DNA of 64,000 nt from Chrysomallon squamiferum. Lineage: Eukaryota; Animalia; Mollusca. The notes under the pieces were generated by a model. That model was not told the origin of the DNA. It was given only the letters and a program-made list of their open reading frames with translations, and did not search any database. The DNA lies in contig CM022665.1 in assembly GCA_012295275.1 (NCBI GenBank), positions 15,810,001 to 15,874,000 of the forward strand, in the 5' to 3' direction. Position 1 is the stretch's first letter. Every line of letters begins with the position of its first letter. The position numbers were made by a program, and so were the translations under genes. Shown here piece by piece: positions 50,711-64,000 of the stretch.

Positions 50711-53700
50711 AGACATATTCATTTAAATACATAACTTATGCTTCTTTGTAAATATATTTTCAGTGAAATTGGTAATTTCGTTGTCATTATTTTACATGCT
50801 TCATGCAAATTCACATTGATCATGGTGTGTAGGCATTATCTGCCATTTTATATGATGATGTATAATTAATGTATTTTATAAAACAATAATTCATTAAAAT
50901 CATTTTTACCCTTTAAATACTGATAGTGATGCAGATGTTCCTTTTAAGTTAAGATGTTGTTTTGGTTGTGCTTTCATTTTTATATTATTTTTTTTTTTTT
51001 ATTGTTTACTTTTGTTTTTGTCAAAGGTTGTTTTAATCATTGATTTTTAAGAACATAGTTTTCATCAGTTAGATTTTTGTCTATAACTAATTTAGCATGG
51101 CTGATTACATCTAGACATTCATGCCCTTCTAATAAGGGATCAAAAAACAAATTTGCACATAATAGTAATAATAATAGTTATAATAATCATATCATAATCA
51201 TTGTTATTATTTAAAAAGGTACTTTTTCTTGAGAACTTTCATTGTAAAAAGATTGATAATCTAGTTGTTTAGATCTGTCTTCTTAGCTGAAATTTTTAAA
51301 AATATTTGGCAAGATTTGTTACTCTGCTGTTAGTGAAAACATGAATAAATGTTTAGATTCACCTGTTAGATTAATCAAATTTTTGTTACACCTTTAGGAG
51401 ACAGTAACAGCTCCTAGTTTTTAAAAATCCCAGTAAAACTATTAAAACATTGAAGAACTAAAACTATTAATAACAATGATAAAATTTGAGGCAGAAATAG
51501 GAATAGAGAAATAATAAGTTTTAAAAAAATGACCCAAAAGCAAAAAAAAAACATCTAAAAGGAGAAAGGTCTTGTTTCATTTAAAAAAAGGAATGATTTT
51601 TATTTTCACCAAGTTAATGGAGGTGCACAGACATGGAAACCCAAAGAAGGAGAATTTGGATGATCTGATAGCCTCAGTGAATTTAGACAGCCTCAGTGAA
51701 TTTAGACAGCTTTATATTTGTACTTGCAGTGTAACAATACCTTGAGTATTAAATATTTAATAAAGGCTCTTTTGACAACCTTCCAGGATTACTGGAAACT
51801 AAAAATGGTCAGATTTAACTCAGTTTTAAAACATTAAACTTGCTAGCCCTGTGTCTGACAGCTATTTTGACAAGAAACATCCAGTTTAAGTGGTCATTTG
51901 GTAATATTATACTGTATTACATTGATATAACATTTGTAAATATAATTTAAGGCTGTGGTGTTCACAGTAAAAAGTATGATCATCAGTTTTTAGTTTGGTA
52001 TATTGATAAAATTACTAGCCAGCATTTGATTTGTTCTATATTTTATTCTTCTGTTTTAAATGATAGAAGTGCAATAATTTTTAATGATACATTTTAATAT
52101 ATAAATACAAAAAAATATATATATATATTTGGTTTAAAACTTGCCTGCTTTTCTTCCTCTTTTTAAATTAATGTATATGGCTTTGTTGTCAATATTATTT
52201 GTATTTTTTATTTTTATATCTGTAGTTATTATTTTTGTTTTTGTTTTAGTTTTTTGATTTTTCATAAAATGACTAGTTTGTTTCTGGGGTTTTTTTTCTC
52301 CACTATTTTATTCACAGTGTTTTAAAATATATTGTTGGGGTTTTTGTTGTTGTTTTTTAAAATGTTTTTGATTACATTTTCATTAATGGTTTTAGTGTTT
52401 TCATTGTTTTATTGATGGTAAACTGTTTTTTTGTTTGTTTTACTAGTTTGTTTTAGGAATCATTTTTTTTTCAAATTATTTTGTCTTAGCTATTTAAATG
52501 TGTAGATTTGATATATATTTTAACTGACTTAAATAGATGAAATGATAAAATTTACATTTGGATTGACAAATATGTAAAATACTAATTATATAGATATTTT
52601 TAAGATTTTGGAATATAAGGATTATAACTAAAGAAAAGGATTTAAGTATAAACACAAATACCATTTATATTTCATATACAGCTTATACAATTTTTTACAT
52701 ATAACATATTTTAATAAATTCATTCATAAAATAAAGTTTGTTTATGCTAAAGTATCTAAAAACTGAAATACCAGCGTTTTGGCTGTTCACAAAAAGATTC
52801 AGATTTCATAATTTCCAATAAGGGATTCTCAACCTGTATTTAGTGTAGAATATTAATTGATTAAATACATTGTTAAATAAATAAACAGTCATTTAGCATC
52901 AGTTTGCTTCTTTTTTTCTTTTTCTTTGAATTCAATAAAAAAAATTAAAAGATAATTGTTAATCTCATTTAAAAAAAAAAACTTATTACAAATAACTGAA
53001 AAAATTATTATTTTACTCTGAATTCGTTAATAAGTATATTTTATTTTATTATTATTATTATTAATCATTGTCTGAGACTCCATAGAACAATTATACATCC
53101 ATTTTATTTAAGTTTTTAAAAATAGGCATCCTTGGAAAATATACCAAAAAACTAGTTTAGTATTCATTTCTAACAAAAATTATATTTTTTATTTTTAGTC
53201 CTTTTAAATAATATTTCATTTAGGCAAAATGCCTTTGTGCCTGTGCATCTGTGTGTCTATGTCTGCCTTCATTAGTGGTTCATTTTTATTATAATATAAA
53301 TAAACTATGTTATCATTTTATATTAATATGTTTTACTATGCATTTATTAAATCTTATATAAACATATATAGGTAAAATTTATTTATTCTAAAACATTCAC
53401 ATATATGTCTAATGTTATAATAATTTTTATCATCATCATCATAATATTAATAATTATTATCATTATCATCACAATAATAATAACAATCATATTAACAATA
53501 ATATTAATAACAACAATAATAATAAGATATTTATTTTATTTTTTATTTTTGTTTTTCAGAATACTTTATATTATGACACTTGGTGGGTAGGACAGCATGT
53601 GTGTTTGACATGGTTGAGTGCATTTCTCATGCTTATAGCCCATTTTCTGTCTCCCAAATATCTTGATTTATTACACAAATGTGCTCTGCATCTAGGGCGG

Positions 53701-56550
53701 TGGCAGAGAGTGGAGGGCAGACACGCCCATGTTCCATATAATGCGTAAGTTGTACATGTTTGATAGAATTAAAATTTTCACTAATAAGGGAAGGCTGGGA
53801 TTCCATTTCCCAGATACCGAAATGTCACTGACGTCACAAAAATAATGCCAACACAATTTTCATATTCTGACTCCATTAACACAAAACAGTACAGACACTA
53901 CACCAAGATCAGTGCCACCACTGAAATGAGTGACCTTGACTTTGTAAACCCAGGTGACTATTTATTTGTTGCCAGATTTTGACAAGATAAACGTTGCATA
54001 GGATGGGGTCTAAATGGTAGCAGAAAAACTGTCATTTGAAAAAAGAATCACACAGATAAAGTGATAGTGGGGAAATGCAGCAAAATATTTCACTGATATA
54101 TTTTTATTTATTTAATTATTTATCATTATTGGTATAACTCTTGGGAAATACATTTTCAGGGAATTAAATTCTTAGATTTTCAGTTGTTAGCAGATTTAAA
54201 AAAAATAAAAATTCTTTTATCCTCATTAATATATTTAATAACTATATTGAAAATTATATTGTGAAATAATAAAAATACAACAACAATTAGAACATTAAAA
54301 CTAATACCTACTATTACAATCAGAATTGTTTTAAAATTATACATACAAAGTTTCCACATTTTTGCAGTGCCATTTTTGGGGGTTAGATTGGTTCTTGGAA
54401 GCAGTTTGGTGTTCCATGATGCGTCTACACCAGATAACAGGGATACTCAACTGCTTCATGATATTTAGGCTTCATTTGCAGAATAAAAATGTGCAATACC
54501 ACTATAAATGATAATGTTTTACACTTGTCTTGTGCATCTTTTATTTAGTCAGTGAGGTTAAGTACCATTGCAAAACACAGTTTCATAAAGGCACAATATT
54601 GTCTCATTTTATTGGATTCATTCATTTGTGTTTTGTGTCCATTTGGTGTCATTTCAGTACTGTTTTGATATCCCAGCCTAAGTGTTTGTTGTGTACTGAC
54701 TTGAAATTTCACTCCATAGGATTCCATAGTTTGTTAGATGTACATACGAGATCAATGCATAGCTACCGAGGCTGACTATATATTTATTTCTGTGATCTTT
54801 AAAGTCATCTTTTAATGTGAATTAATTTCTGAATGGTGAACTACTTTTAAGCTGTAGTGTTTACATTTTTATTTTTTATTTTTTCAGCTGGTCTGAACTT
54901 CAAGTATGGCCACAGGGAGCATTGGTGAAACATGTCCGTGGTTTGTTTAAAGCTGAAGGTATTAATGTCACTGCAGAGCCAGGAAACAGCATGCACAGTC
55001 GATTTTATGTAAGTATTTTTTTATTTTTTTTTATATAGTCTTGGCATGGGCCTATTTGTTTTACATTGTCATGGCATGAATTTATTTTTTTATACAGTTT
55101 TGGCATGGGTTTATTTTTATGATGTGGTCGTGCCATGAATCTACTGTTGACCCTTGATTTGATGGACTAATTGGGGGAGGGATTATTTTTTTTTACATGT
55201 GTTGAAGTACTTCTTTTTTAAATTAGGGGTATTTAAGTTAATTTTATGTCAAAAAGTAAAATAATCAAATAATAATAATGATAGTAATAATAAAAGAAAT
55301 ACTCATTAAAGCAAACACAAAAGTTATCTTTCTGCCATATTTTGCAATATTAAATTTAATTTGTTTTGAGTTGTTTTTTGTTTTCTAAATAAGTGACAAG
55401 TTAGACTGAAATACGATGTATGTAGAAATGATATACAATTATACATTTTAAATGAATCCATAGTTTGAAATTCTGATTACCAGTTCCAAAGTTATTTATG
55501 ACATTGTGGAGTTCTGTTATAAGAAATTCAGCAATACCAGTCTTTCACAGGTTCACTGATTTCCGATTTATTTATTTTTAATTTATTTGTTGTTTTGTTT
55601 TTTTAGATTTGTGATCCTACCTGTTTTTGTTTTTTTTGTTTTTCTTAAATTAATTTTATTTGTGCTAATTTGTACTGACATTTTCTATTTAGTTTTAAGT
55701 ACAGTGGCATTGCTACTTTCCTCCATTTCTATTTTAATTATAATACAACTTTTTCATGATGATATCTGGAGATAAACAGTTTTCACACTTAGAATCAGTA
55801 ATACAGATTATGGTGGTTAGGATCATGTATAAAATTTACTTTTTATTTTGGGTTTTATTTTGTAGGCCATTGCAGGTGATAAGCTGGGTTCTTATAAAAA
55901 AAAACAGTTAACAGTATAAAATTTACCTTGTTTCAGTTCTTATTCTATAAACCATTGCTGACGATAAATTGGCTACTTACAAAAAAATAATTTTGATGAT
56001 ATAAAATTTACTTTTTGGTTTAACATTTGATTCCTTAGACCACTGGGGTGATAAATTGACTTCTTAACAAAAAAAAAAAAAAAATTAACAATATAAAATA
56101 TACTTTTTGTTTCAGTTTTTTATTTGTAAGACCATGGCAAATGATAAATATAAACAGTTACCAGTATATAATTTTTGTTTCATTTTTTAAATTTATTTCA
56201 TACATCATTGCAGGTGATAAACAAATAGTTACCAGGATAAAATTTAATTTTTATTTCAGTTTTTATTATCGTGTTACTTATAAACAAATAGTTAACAATA
56301 TAAAATTTAATTTTTGTTTCAGTTTTTATTCCACAAACCCTTGCGTGTGATAAACTGGCTACTTGTACTTGGATGGCTTCTTGTAGCCTACCAGTTTTTT
56401 CGACTTGTCCAGTGCATGGAATGGAGTCACATCATCTCTCTGGCACTGATGTTGTTCTGTAACTACTACACACTTTTTAAGCTGATGCGAGACCGGTTTA
56501 TAATGGCAAAATGTTACAGAGTAGAGGAATCTGCAAACAGTTCTAGTTAA
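42700..56550 (+). CDS. TMEM39A: Transmembrane protein 39 (TMEM39A/B orthologue), complete, 8 coding exons
   Basis: Starts MPGGRR like TMEM39A. Motifs [108 protein letters not shown]. Exons 42700-42788, 43115-43328, 44181-44264, 45652-45803, 46587-46869, 53560-53744, 54888-55008, 56323-56550. Confidence 0.96.
42993..43059. repeat. (CT)n microsatellite
   Basis: Perfect dinucleotide run in TMEM39 intron 1. Confidence 0.9.
44800..45260. repeat. Degenerate ~25-30 bp minisatellite
   Basis: Repeated ggatcataatttgttcatatatttgttaatgt-like units. Confidence 0.75.
48322..48594 (-). mobile_element. THAP zinc-finger domain ORF (probably transposon-derived), antisense in TMEM39 intron 5
   Basis: [14 protein letters not shown]...YP...W...RVCTVHF...YIPTL gives the C2CH signature with the conserved P, W, F and terminal PT of THAP domains. 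Confidence 0.8.
49140..49755 (+). mobile_element. LINE (CR1/L2-like) ORF2 3' fragment with tail
   Basis: [18 protein letters not shown], then frameshifted [38 protein letters not shown]; ends AATAAA-(CTTGT)3. Confidence 0.8.
55009..55140 (+). repeat. ~30 bp tandem repeat (4 units) immediately after the TMEM39 exon 7 donor
   Basis: Units like tatacagtcttggcatgggtttatttt; weak resemblance to the junction cacagtcgattttat|gtaagtatttt. Confidence 0.6.
55827..56322 (+). repeat. Tandem array (about 6 decayed units) of the TMEM39 last-exon acceptor plus exon start
   Basis: Units ataaaatttac/atttttgtttcag-ttttattc..aaccattgc..gtgataaa match the real 56299-56365; intact tttcag at 55936, 56115 and 56259. 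Confidence 0.9.
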
Positions 56551-57271
56551 TGTCTTCATCTTGTTTGTAGATTGTAATTAGTTTGGATTTGAAAATATTA
56601 AAAATTCAATGTTAAGTCTATATGTGTGTGTTTTTCTGAGTGTGTGCCTGTGTTTGGGAGTGAATTTATAAATTTGTAGGCACATTCAAGATTTTTGGGT
56701 CTTAATATGTGTGTATGGTGTGTCTCTCTCCATGTGTATGTTTTAATAGATGTTGCTGACTGCTGATATCTTCAGAGTTCAATGTTAATGCTGTGAGTCT
56801 ATGTGTATAAATTTTTATTGATGTCACTGCCTACAAAAGGGATTATTTAACATTCAGAGAAAAAGGATTCATTATATGCCATGGGTTCCATACATGAAAA
56901 TTAAAAACAGATACTCCAGTTCCTAAAACACTGAAATACATTTTGATTTCAAGTTCATTAATTCTGTCATATACTACAGCTTACAATAGAGTTTGCTTTC
57001 TTACATCATAACCATTTCATCAAGGGACCACAATTATAGTGGGGTTTTTTCTTAGTGCAGTATGTAGCTATGGCTTATCCTTATTTACAAACACAGTAAA
57101 AGTAAAAATTGTAAAGATTAATTATACAGAAGCTGGTGACTAAAAGAAATAAATAGACCTCTTGATAAAACTATGCACACTACCATACTGTCACAGATTT
57201 ATGTTCTTGTGAAATATCTCAGAAACAAAGACTGAAAATTAAAAAAGTGTCAAAAAAAACAAAACAAAAAA

Positions 57272-57309
<38 letters not shown>

Positions 57310-59292
57310 AATTAAAAAACCATATATATATATATATATATATCTAAAAACAACATATTTATATAAGCTTAATTAAAACAAATTGACAGTAATCAAGGAT
57401 TAAAAGGGAGCAGAAATGTCTGAAATAAATCAACATCTAAAGGTGACTCGAGAATTTCTTAGGTAATATAACATACCAGCCAATCTACTACTAAACTTCA
57501 TTTTTTAATAAAAATATAATATGAATACTTAACCTAATACACCATACATTACTGAAGTGAACTCTGAAGTAGTCTGTGTAAATGTTTAATGTTTGTGTCT
57601 GTTTAAACTCTTCATCTGTAACATATTGCAGAAGACTGCCATTTACTGAGATCATCTGTATTCATAGAACATAATTTGTTGTTGTTGTTTCTTTGGTAAC
57701 TGTTGTTTATGAGGTAATCAAAATTAGAAAGATAATCATTAATGTAGATATTTAATTACACAAGATAAAAATCTGAAGATTTTCAACATGTCTGAGTTCC
57801 TGTTTTCTGAAAATAAATTTTGATTCATGTTATATCTGAATGTGTATTAAATTTTCTTAGCAACACCAGTCAGGTGAAACCATGTGTAATAATGGAAACT
57901 AAAAAGATCTCTTAAAACATTTCTGAAGCTTTTGTTTATTTATTTTTAAGAAATATAGTTAGTTTGTCATCAATTTCTTCTTCTTTTTATTTTTTTTTCA
58001 TTTTAATTTTTTTGTGAAATGACTGCTAAAACCCCAAAAATTTTCTTACTTTTTTTTTTTTTTTTTTTTTTTAATAAATTTAGTTTTGTTTGTGAGTAAT
58101 ACTACATTTTGTATTATTGTCAAAACAACAGTTTAAAAGAATTTTGAAAATTTTGTTATTTAAAAGGTTATTTTACTAATTTGTTTTGTACAGCAAATAT
58201 ACCACATTTTATTTTTAAATGGTTCATATATAACAGTATATTACTGTTGACCATTTTTTAAAATGACAAATTATTTTAATTAATTGTAAGAGAAAAACAC
58301 CACAGAAACCATACTCATACCACACTAACAATTCAAGCTAGTATTAGGTTAGGTTATATTGTTTATCTAGATTAGTAGCCTTATAATTGGTTTTAAATTT
58401 TCAGCTGTTTGAAATGTTAGCATATTTCTCAGTTTCTGTTAAATAGGTGCTGCATATTTTGTACAAGTTTTATTGTGTTGTTTTTGTTTTAACTTTGTAT
58501 TCATATAATATAATAAAATATGTGCAAATATCTACACTGGTTTTTAGTTTTATTTGAATACTTTTTTTTGTTTTTTTTGCATTTCTTATAATATACATGA
58601 AAAATTTCATTCATTTCTCATGAGTTACTTCTTGAGCAAAACAAAAATTATTTAAAAAAAAAAAATAATAATTAATGAAATTGAAAAAATAAAAAAAATA
58701 ATAATAATAATGGTAAGTATAATATTAATCCAAGAACAACATTAAAGAAATAAAAACTAAAAACTAAACCCCTAATTTCTTAAGAAAACCGCAATCTCGT
58801 TCTTATTACGTCATGCGAAGGGCAGTAATGCTATAACAGAATACAAATTAGTATCATGAGTTGTCTTTCTTGCATCGTGAATCTGAACCTTTTCCGACAG
58901 AAAAAGAGGTTGAAAACATAATTATCATAACATTGAGGCTTGTCGAACATAATAATAATAATAATAATAAAGAAAACAATAAATAAATAAATTAAAAAAA
59001 AAAAGAGAGAGAGAGAGAGAAAAAAGAACCATTCTAAAGGCGAGAGTAGATCATTTTTCATTCTTGAACGTCTTTCCAAATTTACTAAATCACCAAATTT
59101 TATTCTTATATGCATACATATATACATACGTACATACACACACAAAAATACGTATGAACAGACACACAGACACACATACACACACATATTATTAACAGTG
59201 AAAATTATATTTTTTTATGATCCCAGAGATAAGATTACAAACACCAAATTTAAAAGCGTTTAAATAAATAAATATTCTGTAACTATTCATGA

Positions 59293-59344
<52 letters not shown>

Positions 59345-60469
59345 TGTATCTCTTTCCAGGTTTTGTTACATAAACTTTGTAACAATTATATTTATTTAAT
59401 ATTGTCATGTTTCCGTTATGTTTACCTTGCATGCAAAATGTTTCTGTGCAAAAGTCAAGTTCAAGGTTTATGACTTAATAATGGTATGACCTTTAACCTT
59501 TCGCTGTTATAATATTTGGAATATTTTGTCTTGTTTCCTTTCTTCTTCGACAGTTCGTAAGTAATCTTTTTATAACATGTTCTTGTTTAGCAGTTTTATT
59601 TTGTTTTGTATTTGTTGATGTGTTTGTACGTTTGTCAGATAGAGTTATAATTTTTATTTGTTTGTTTTATTATTATTCGTTTTTTAAAGTTAAATACGTT
59701 TTGGGAGATATTGTTTAGTATTTATTTATCTAAAAATTACGTTAGTAAACAAATTAATTAGTTTAGTTAATGTTTTAGTTTTTAGTGCTTACTTTTTCAT
59801 ATCACTGGTTAGACATATTCTTTTTTTTTTTTTTTTTTTTTATAACGGGTCTTGTCTGTTAAACGTTGGGTCTGTACGTTAAAACCAAAAAGTCAGATAG
59901 AAATAATAACAACAAGTACCACCTCCCAAAATAAAACAAAAACAAAACCCAAATAAATAAATAAATCAAACAAATAAGTCCTTCAAGGAAGGGAAAAGTC
60001 GCTGATTAAACTTAAAAAATAAATAAATAAATAAATAAATAAATAAAAAGAAGAAGAAGAAAGAAATAAAAAAGTAAAGCGTACCATTAGAATTCCCGAA
60101 GAAGAGGAAACAAGCAAACAAACGAAAAGATACATAAAGAAAAAAAAAAAAAAAAATAATAATAAATAGATAAAATAAAATAAAATTTAATATAAAATAA
60201 AAAATAAAAAATAAAATATAAATTAAAAAAAAGACACCTTTACTTTCATATTATTATTATTGATGTTCTATTAACAGTCAGAACCATGCTCGTCATTTCA
60301 CCTCAGTGAAAACAAATGAATTCAGAAATAAAAACAGACAGAATTTATATCTTTAATATATGTTATTCTAACAATAAAACAGAAACACTATATGCCATGT
60401 ATAAAAAATTAAATTGGTTTATTAACAGTAAAATATTTAATATTATATGCATGAATATTCTGTACCACT

Positions 60470-60994
60470 CTTAATAATAATAATGATGATGATGATGATA
60501 ATGATGTTGACGATGATAAAATAATAACAACAACAACAGCAATAATAATAGTAATAATAATAATAATAATAATAATTCTTATTCTTGTTGTTATCATTAT
60601 TATTATCGACATTATTGATGATGATGATGATAATAGCAAAATCATTTATTGTTGTAGTAATTGTAGATGCTGTAAGTACAAATATTATTCTAATAATAGT
60701 AGCAGTAGTATCTGTAGTAATAATAATAGTTGTTACCGTAGATGTGGTAGTTGTATTCATAGTAGTAATAATCGTAGGAGTTGCGACAATACTATTTATA
60801 ACAACAGTGGACGGTTCCTAGTTGTTGTAGTAAGAGCAGCACTTGTAGTAGCAGTAATATTCGTAAAAGTAATAGTACTTGTAATGGCTGTAAAAGTTGT
60901 AGTTGCAGGAATAGTTGCTGTAGTGGTAGTGGTAGAAGAAGAAAAATAGAAGAAAAAAAAAAAGGAAATTCCCGGAATTAACTAAATTATTTAA

Positions 60995-61053
<59 letters not shown>

Positions 61054-61170
61054 GTAGCAATAGGAGTAGTAGTGGTAGTGAAGTATGGTAGTAGTAGTAA
61101 CAGTAGTAGCAGTATTGGTAGTAGTAGTTGTAGTAGTAGTAGGAGTTGTTGTTGTAGTAATAGTAATAAA
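60470..61170. repeat. Low-complexity compound trinucleotide region (TAA/TAG/TGA/TTG)
   Basis: Mosaic of decayed triplet repeats; the overlapping ORFs are compositional artefacts. Confidence 0.8.
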
Positions 61171-61963
61171 AGCTAAACAAGAAAAGGAACAAAATAAGTC
61201 TGGCCTGTGAAAACAAATAGAGAAATAAACAGGTCAAAGTAAACGAAAGTAAACTAGTGTCAAGTGTATTTATTTAAAGTATTAACAGAACCGAAATATA
61301 ATACAAAGATGTGTGATCTTAAATAACAGACTTAATAAAATTAAACAAGGGATAAAGCCAGATTTTTTTTTTAAATTACAACAAGATTAAAACAAATTTC
61401 TTCTTCTTCTTCTTCGTCGAACTCTGAAAACAAATTTAAAATTACAAGGTATAAGGTCAAAACCTTTGTAAAATTACAATAAAGCATAAAATTAAAACAT
61501 ATTTTAAAAAGCATCAAAGTAAAATAAAAGAGTAATAAACAGACTTTAGTAAAATTGCACTTTTTCTGCTGCATTCTAACACAGTGCAATTAAATCGAAA
61601 TAAAACGAAGTATTCAGACATTGTTTACATTAAAAATTATTTCCAGCGTTCCATAAAACAATCACACATTTTACACCGCCCTTAAAAAATACCAGTCTAG
61701 TGTTTTACCAGTGATCTTTAGCGCTTTGTTATTATAAGCTGATGGGTTGAACAAGTATGAAAAGAACTAAAATCACCTGACGCATATTTAAACAGAATTT
61801 ACGACAGTCTTAGAGAAAGAAAAAAAAACGACGACAACGACGACGACGTCGACAACAAAGCTTTGAAGAAAGCATAACACATATCAAGAGTGTCTCTTTC
61901 AGAATGTTTTATCTGTTTTCTTTTTCACGCATTTATTTATTTTTTATTTTATTTTTTTCCTCT

Positions 61964-62000
<37 letters not shown>

Positions 62001-63459
62001 TATGTTCTTCTTCTGCTTCTTCTTCATTTTTTTTTTTTTTTTTTTTTTTTCATCTTCTGCACCACAATGTCAAAGTCTCGTCCCAAACTTCAAACTTGAC
62101 AAGCTTTGCCATTACTGACGTCGGAATTTTGCTAAGTCGATTCCTAGAATTGATTGGATGTTGTCAGTAATTGTTCTAAATATCGTCAGTCTAATGTTAA
62201 GTTGATTCACTGCATTGATCAGAGGGATAGCGCAAGCTTCATGACATTAGTGTAACGCCTCATCTTCCAGACCCACGGCCCGAAACAATGACCGTCTTGT
62301 ACTGCTAGCCTGGGAACGTTCAACACAGATGATGTTTTCCAATAAAATAACTATGGAATTCTTTACGGATTTCGAATACACTGTGTTTAGACGGCAAAAG
62401 GAAAATAGTTGACTGACCCCCCCCCTCCCTCACACCGCTCCAGGTTCTCATACACTTCTCACCTAGTCAAATAAAATGTTTTGTGTTAGATTATTTAAAC
62501 CAGTGTATACTTTGATTTGTTCCATCAGTTATAATGTCTCGAGTTATATTAGCTCAATAAGTGTTTTTCTGATTTCATCGTTTTTATTTATTTATTTATG
62601 TTTGTTTGTTTATTTACGTTTGTTTATTTGTCTATTTGTTCATTTATGTTAGTTTATTTCTTCGTTTATTCATTTAATTTGTTTGTTTTTTTTGTTGTTT
62701 TTTGTTGTTATTAAAGCGTTCTTCATATGTATTGTTTAATTCAAATGTTTCATTAAAATAACTGCATCAGTGAAGCAACGAAGTTTTCTTTCGTGGACAC
62801 GTATGTTTTGTACTGAGTTAATTATCCATTCATTAAACGCACTCTGTCATTCGTTCTCTCGTTCACTGTTCCTTTCGTTATTCACTGATTCGCTCGTTCT
62901 TTCAGTATTTACTCCTTTTTTTCATTTACTGATATGTCTTGTCTGATATTTAATACAGCCCAGAATCAAGTCACTGCAGCTGAAAATTAAAGATACCTAT
63001 ACAGTGCTGAGAGGCTGTGATTTATACAAAATTGTAAATTCACTTATTGTAATATTAGTTGTTTTAATTTAAAAAAAAAAAAAAAAAAAAAGTAAAAAAT
63101 ATAATTGCTTCTGTTACAAAGCAAATTAAAAAAAGGAAGAAACATTTTGTTATTTCTGCTTATCCGTTTTTAAAGCAGGCACAGAGTAAAAGAAATTATT
63201 TTTTTATGAATTTTTTCTTTCTTTCGTAGCACAGTATATAATTCGTGCTATTAATTGTACTCTTATTTCAATGAGGTTAGGCAACAAACAAAGCAGAATT
63301 ACTGGTTTTAAAAGAAATATGATGATTAACATATGAAATGGACTGTTTCTGTTTTTAATTTATTTTATCCCAATTTGTATTACATTTTTAATTATAATTA
63401 CTCTCGTTCAAATTTTCTTGATTTATTAACTGTCGTGCGATATTGATGATATATATATA

Positions 63460-63590
63460 GCTACTGCGTGCGTAATTTTGAGCTTCTTTCTTCAGAGAAC
63501 TGCTTAAATTCGCCGCTTGTGGATGACGTCACTTGAGAGTCCTTGGTTAATGTGTCCGGTGACAGTGTTCGAGCAAGAGTTTTGACGAAA
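63460..63590. promoter_or_regulatory. CpG-rich complex island with a canonical CRE (TGACGTCA 63524-63531)
   Basis: Perfect CRE palindrome within a short GC-richer block in otherwise low-complexity DNA; target gene not visible in the window. Confidence 0.3.
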
Positions 63591-64000
63591 CCATAATATA
63601 ATATATATATTGTTATGTGTATGTGTGTGTTAGCACTCGAAATTGTATCCGTAGGTAATTAAACGCTTATACAAACAAACAAAAAACAACATAACAAACA
63701 AACAAACAATCAAATAATCAAATATGCAAAACAATATATATATATATATAGAAACAGAAAAAACAAACAAAAAGATAAACAGATAGACAGGCAAAGAAAC
63801 AAAGAAATAAACAAATATAAATATAAAAATAAAAAATAAAAATAGACACACTAACATATAGACATATAAACAAATAAATATACAAAGAAAGAAAGAAAAA
63901 ACCAATACACATACAAACAAAATAAGAATTGAAGAAAAAAAAAAAAAAAAAAAAAAAAAAACAAACAAACAGATAAACAAACAGACAAACATTCTTTGTT

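Noticed and set aside
51668-51711. Exact short direct duplication agcctcagtgaatttagac
   Set aside because: Ordinary slippage duplication deep in an intron.
58831-63992. Long hydrophobic or low-complexity ORFs in the ORF track
   Set aside because: Translations of microsatellites and poly-A/T runs, with no splice-consistent or family-like signal.

Overview
AT-rich, intron-rich animal genomic DNA. A lophotrochozoan, probably molluscan, origin is inferred from repeat types and gene style and is not proven. There are four protein-coding genes: (1) the 5' 35 exons of midasin/MDN1 (minus strand, ATG at 26707, runs off the left edge); (2) an 8-exon secreted M28 zinc peptidase with a possible GPI signal (minus, 31202-36857); (3) an intronless melatonin-receptor-like class A GPCR (minus, 38454-39488); (4) a complete 8-exon TMEM39 (plus, 42700-56550). 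Mobile DNA includes a pogo-type transposase fossil, hAT and TA-flanked MITEs, a THAP ORF and a LINE 3' end nested in one TIR element. Three observations stand out. First, three paralogous box H/ACA snoRNA candidates lie in MDN1 introns; the 5' pocket of two of them pairs 6+6 bp around a conserved 18S rRNA uridine. Second, degenerate duplications of the adjacent splice junction recur in all three multi-exon genes, creating decoy acceptors and a possible 9-nt microexon. Third, a decayed duplicate of the peptidase promoter/first exon sits just upstream of the GPCR. Exon boundaries were read by eye from GT-AG signals and frame continuity; no database search or folding program was run.
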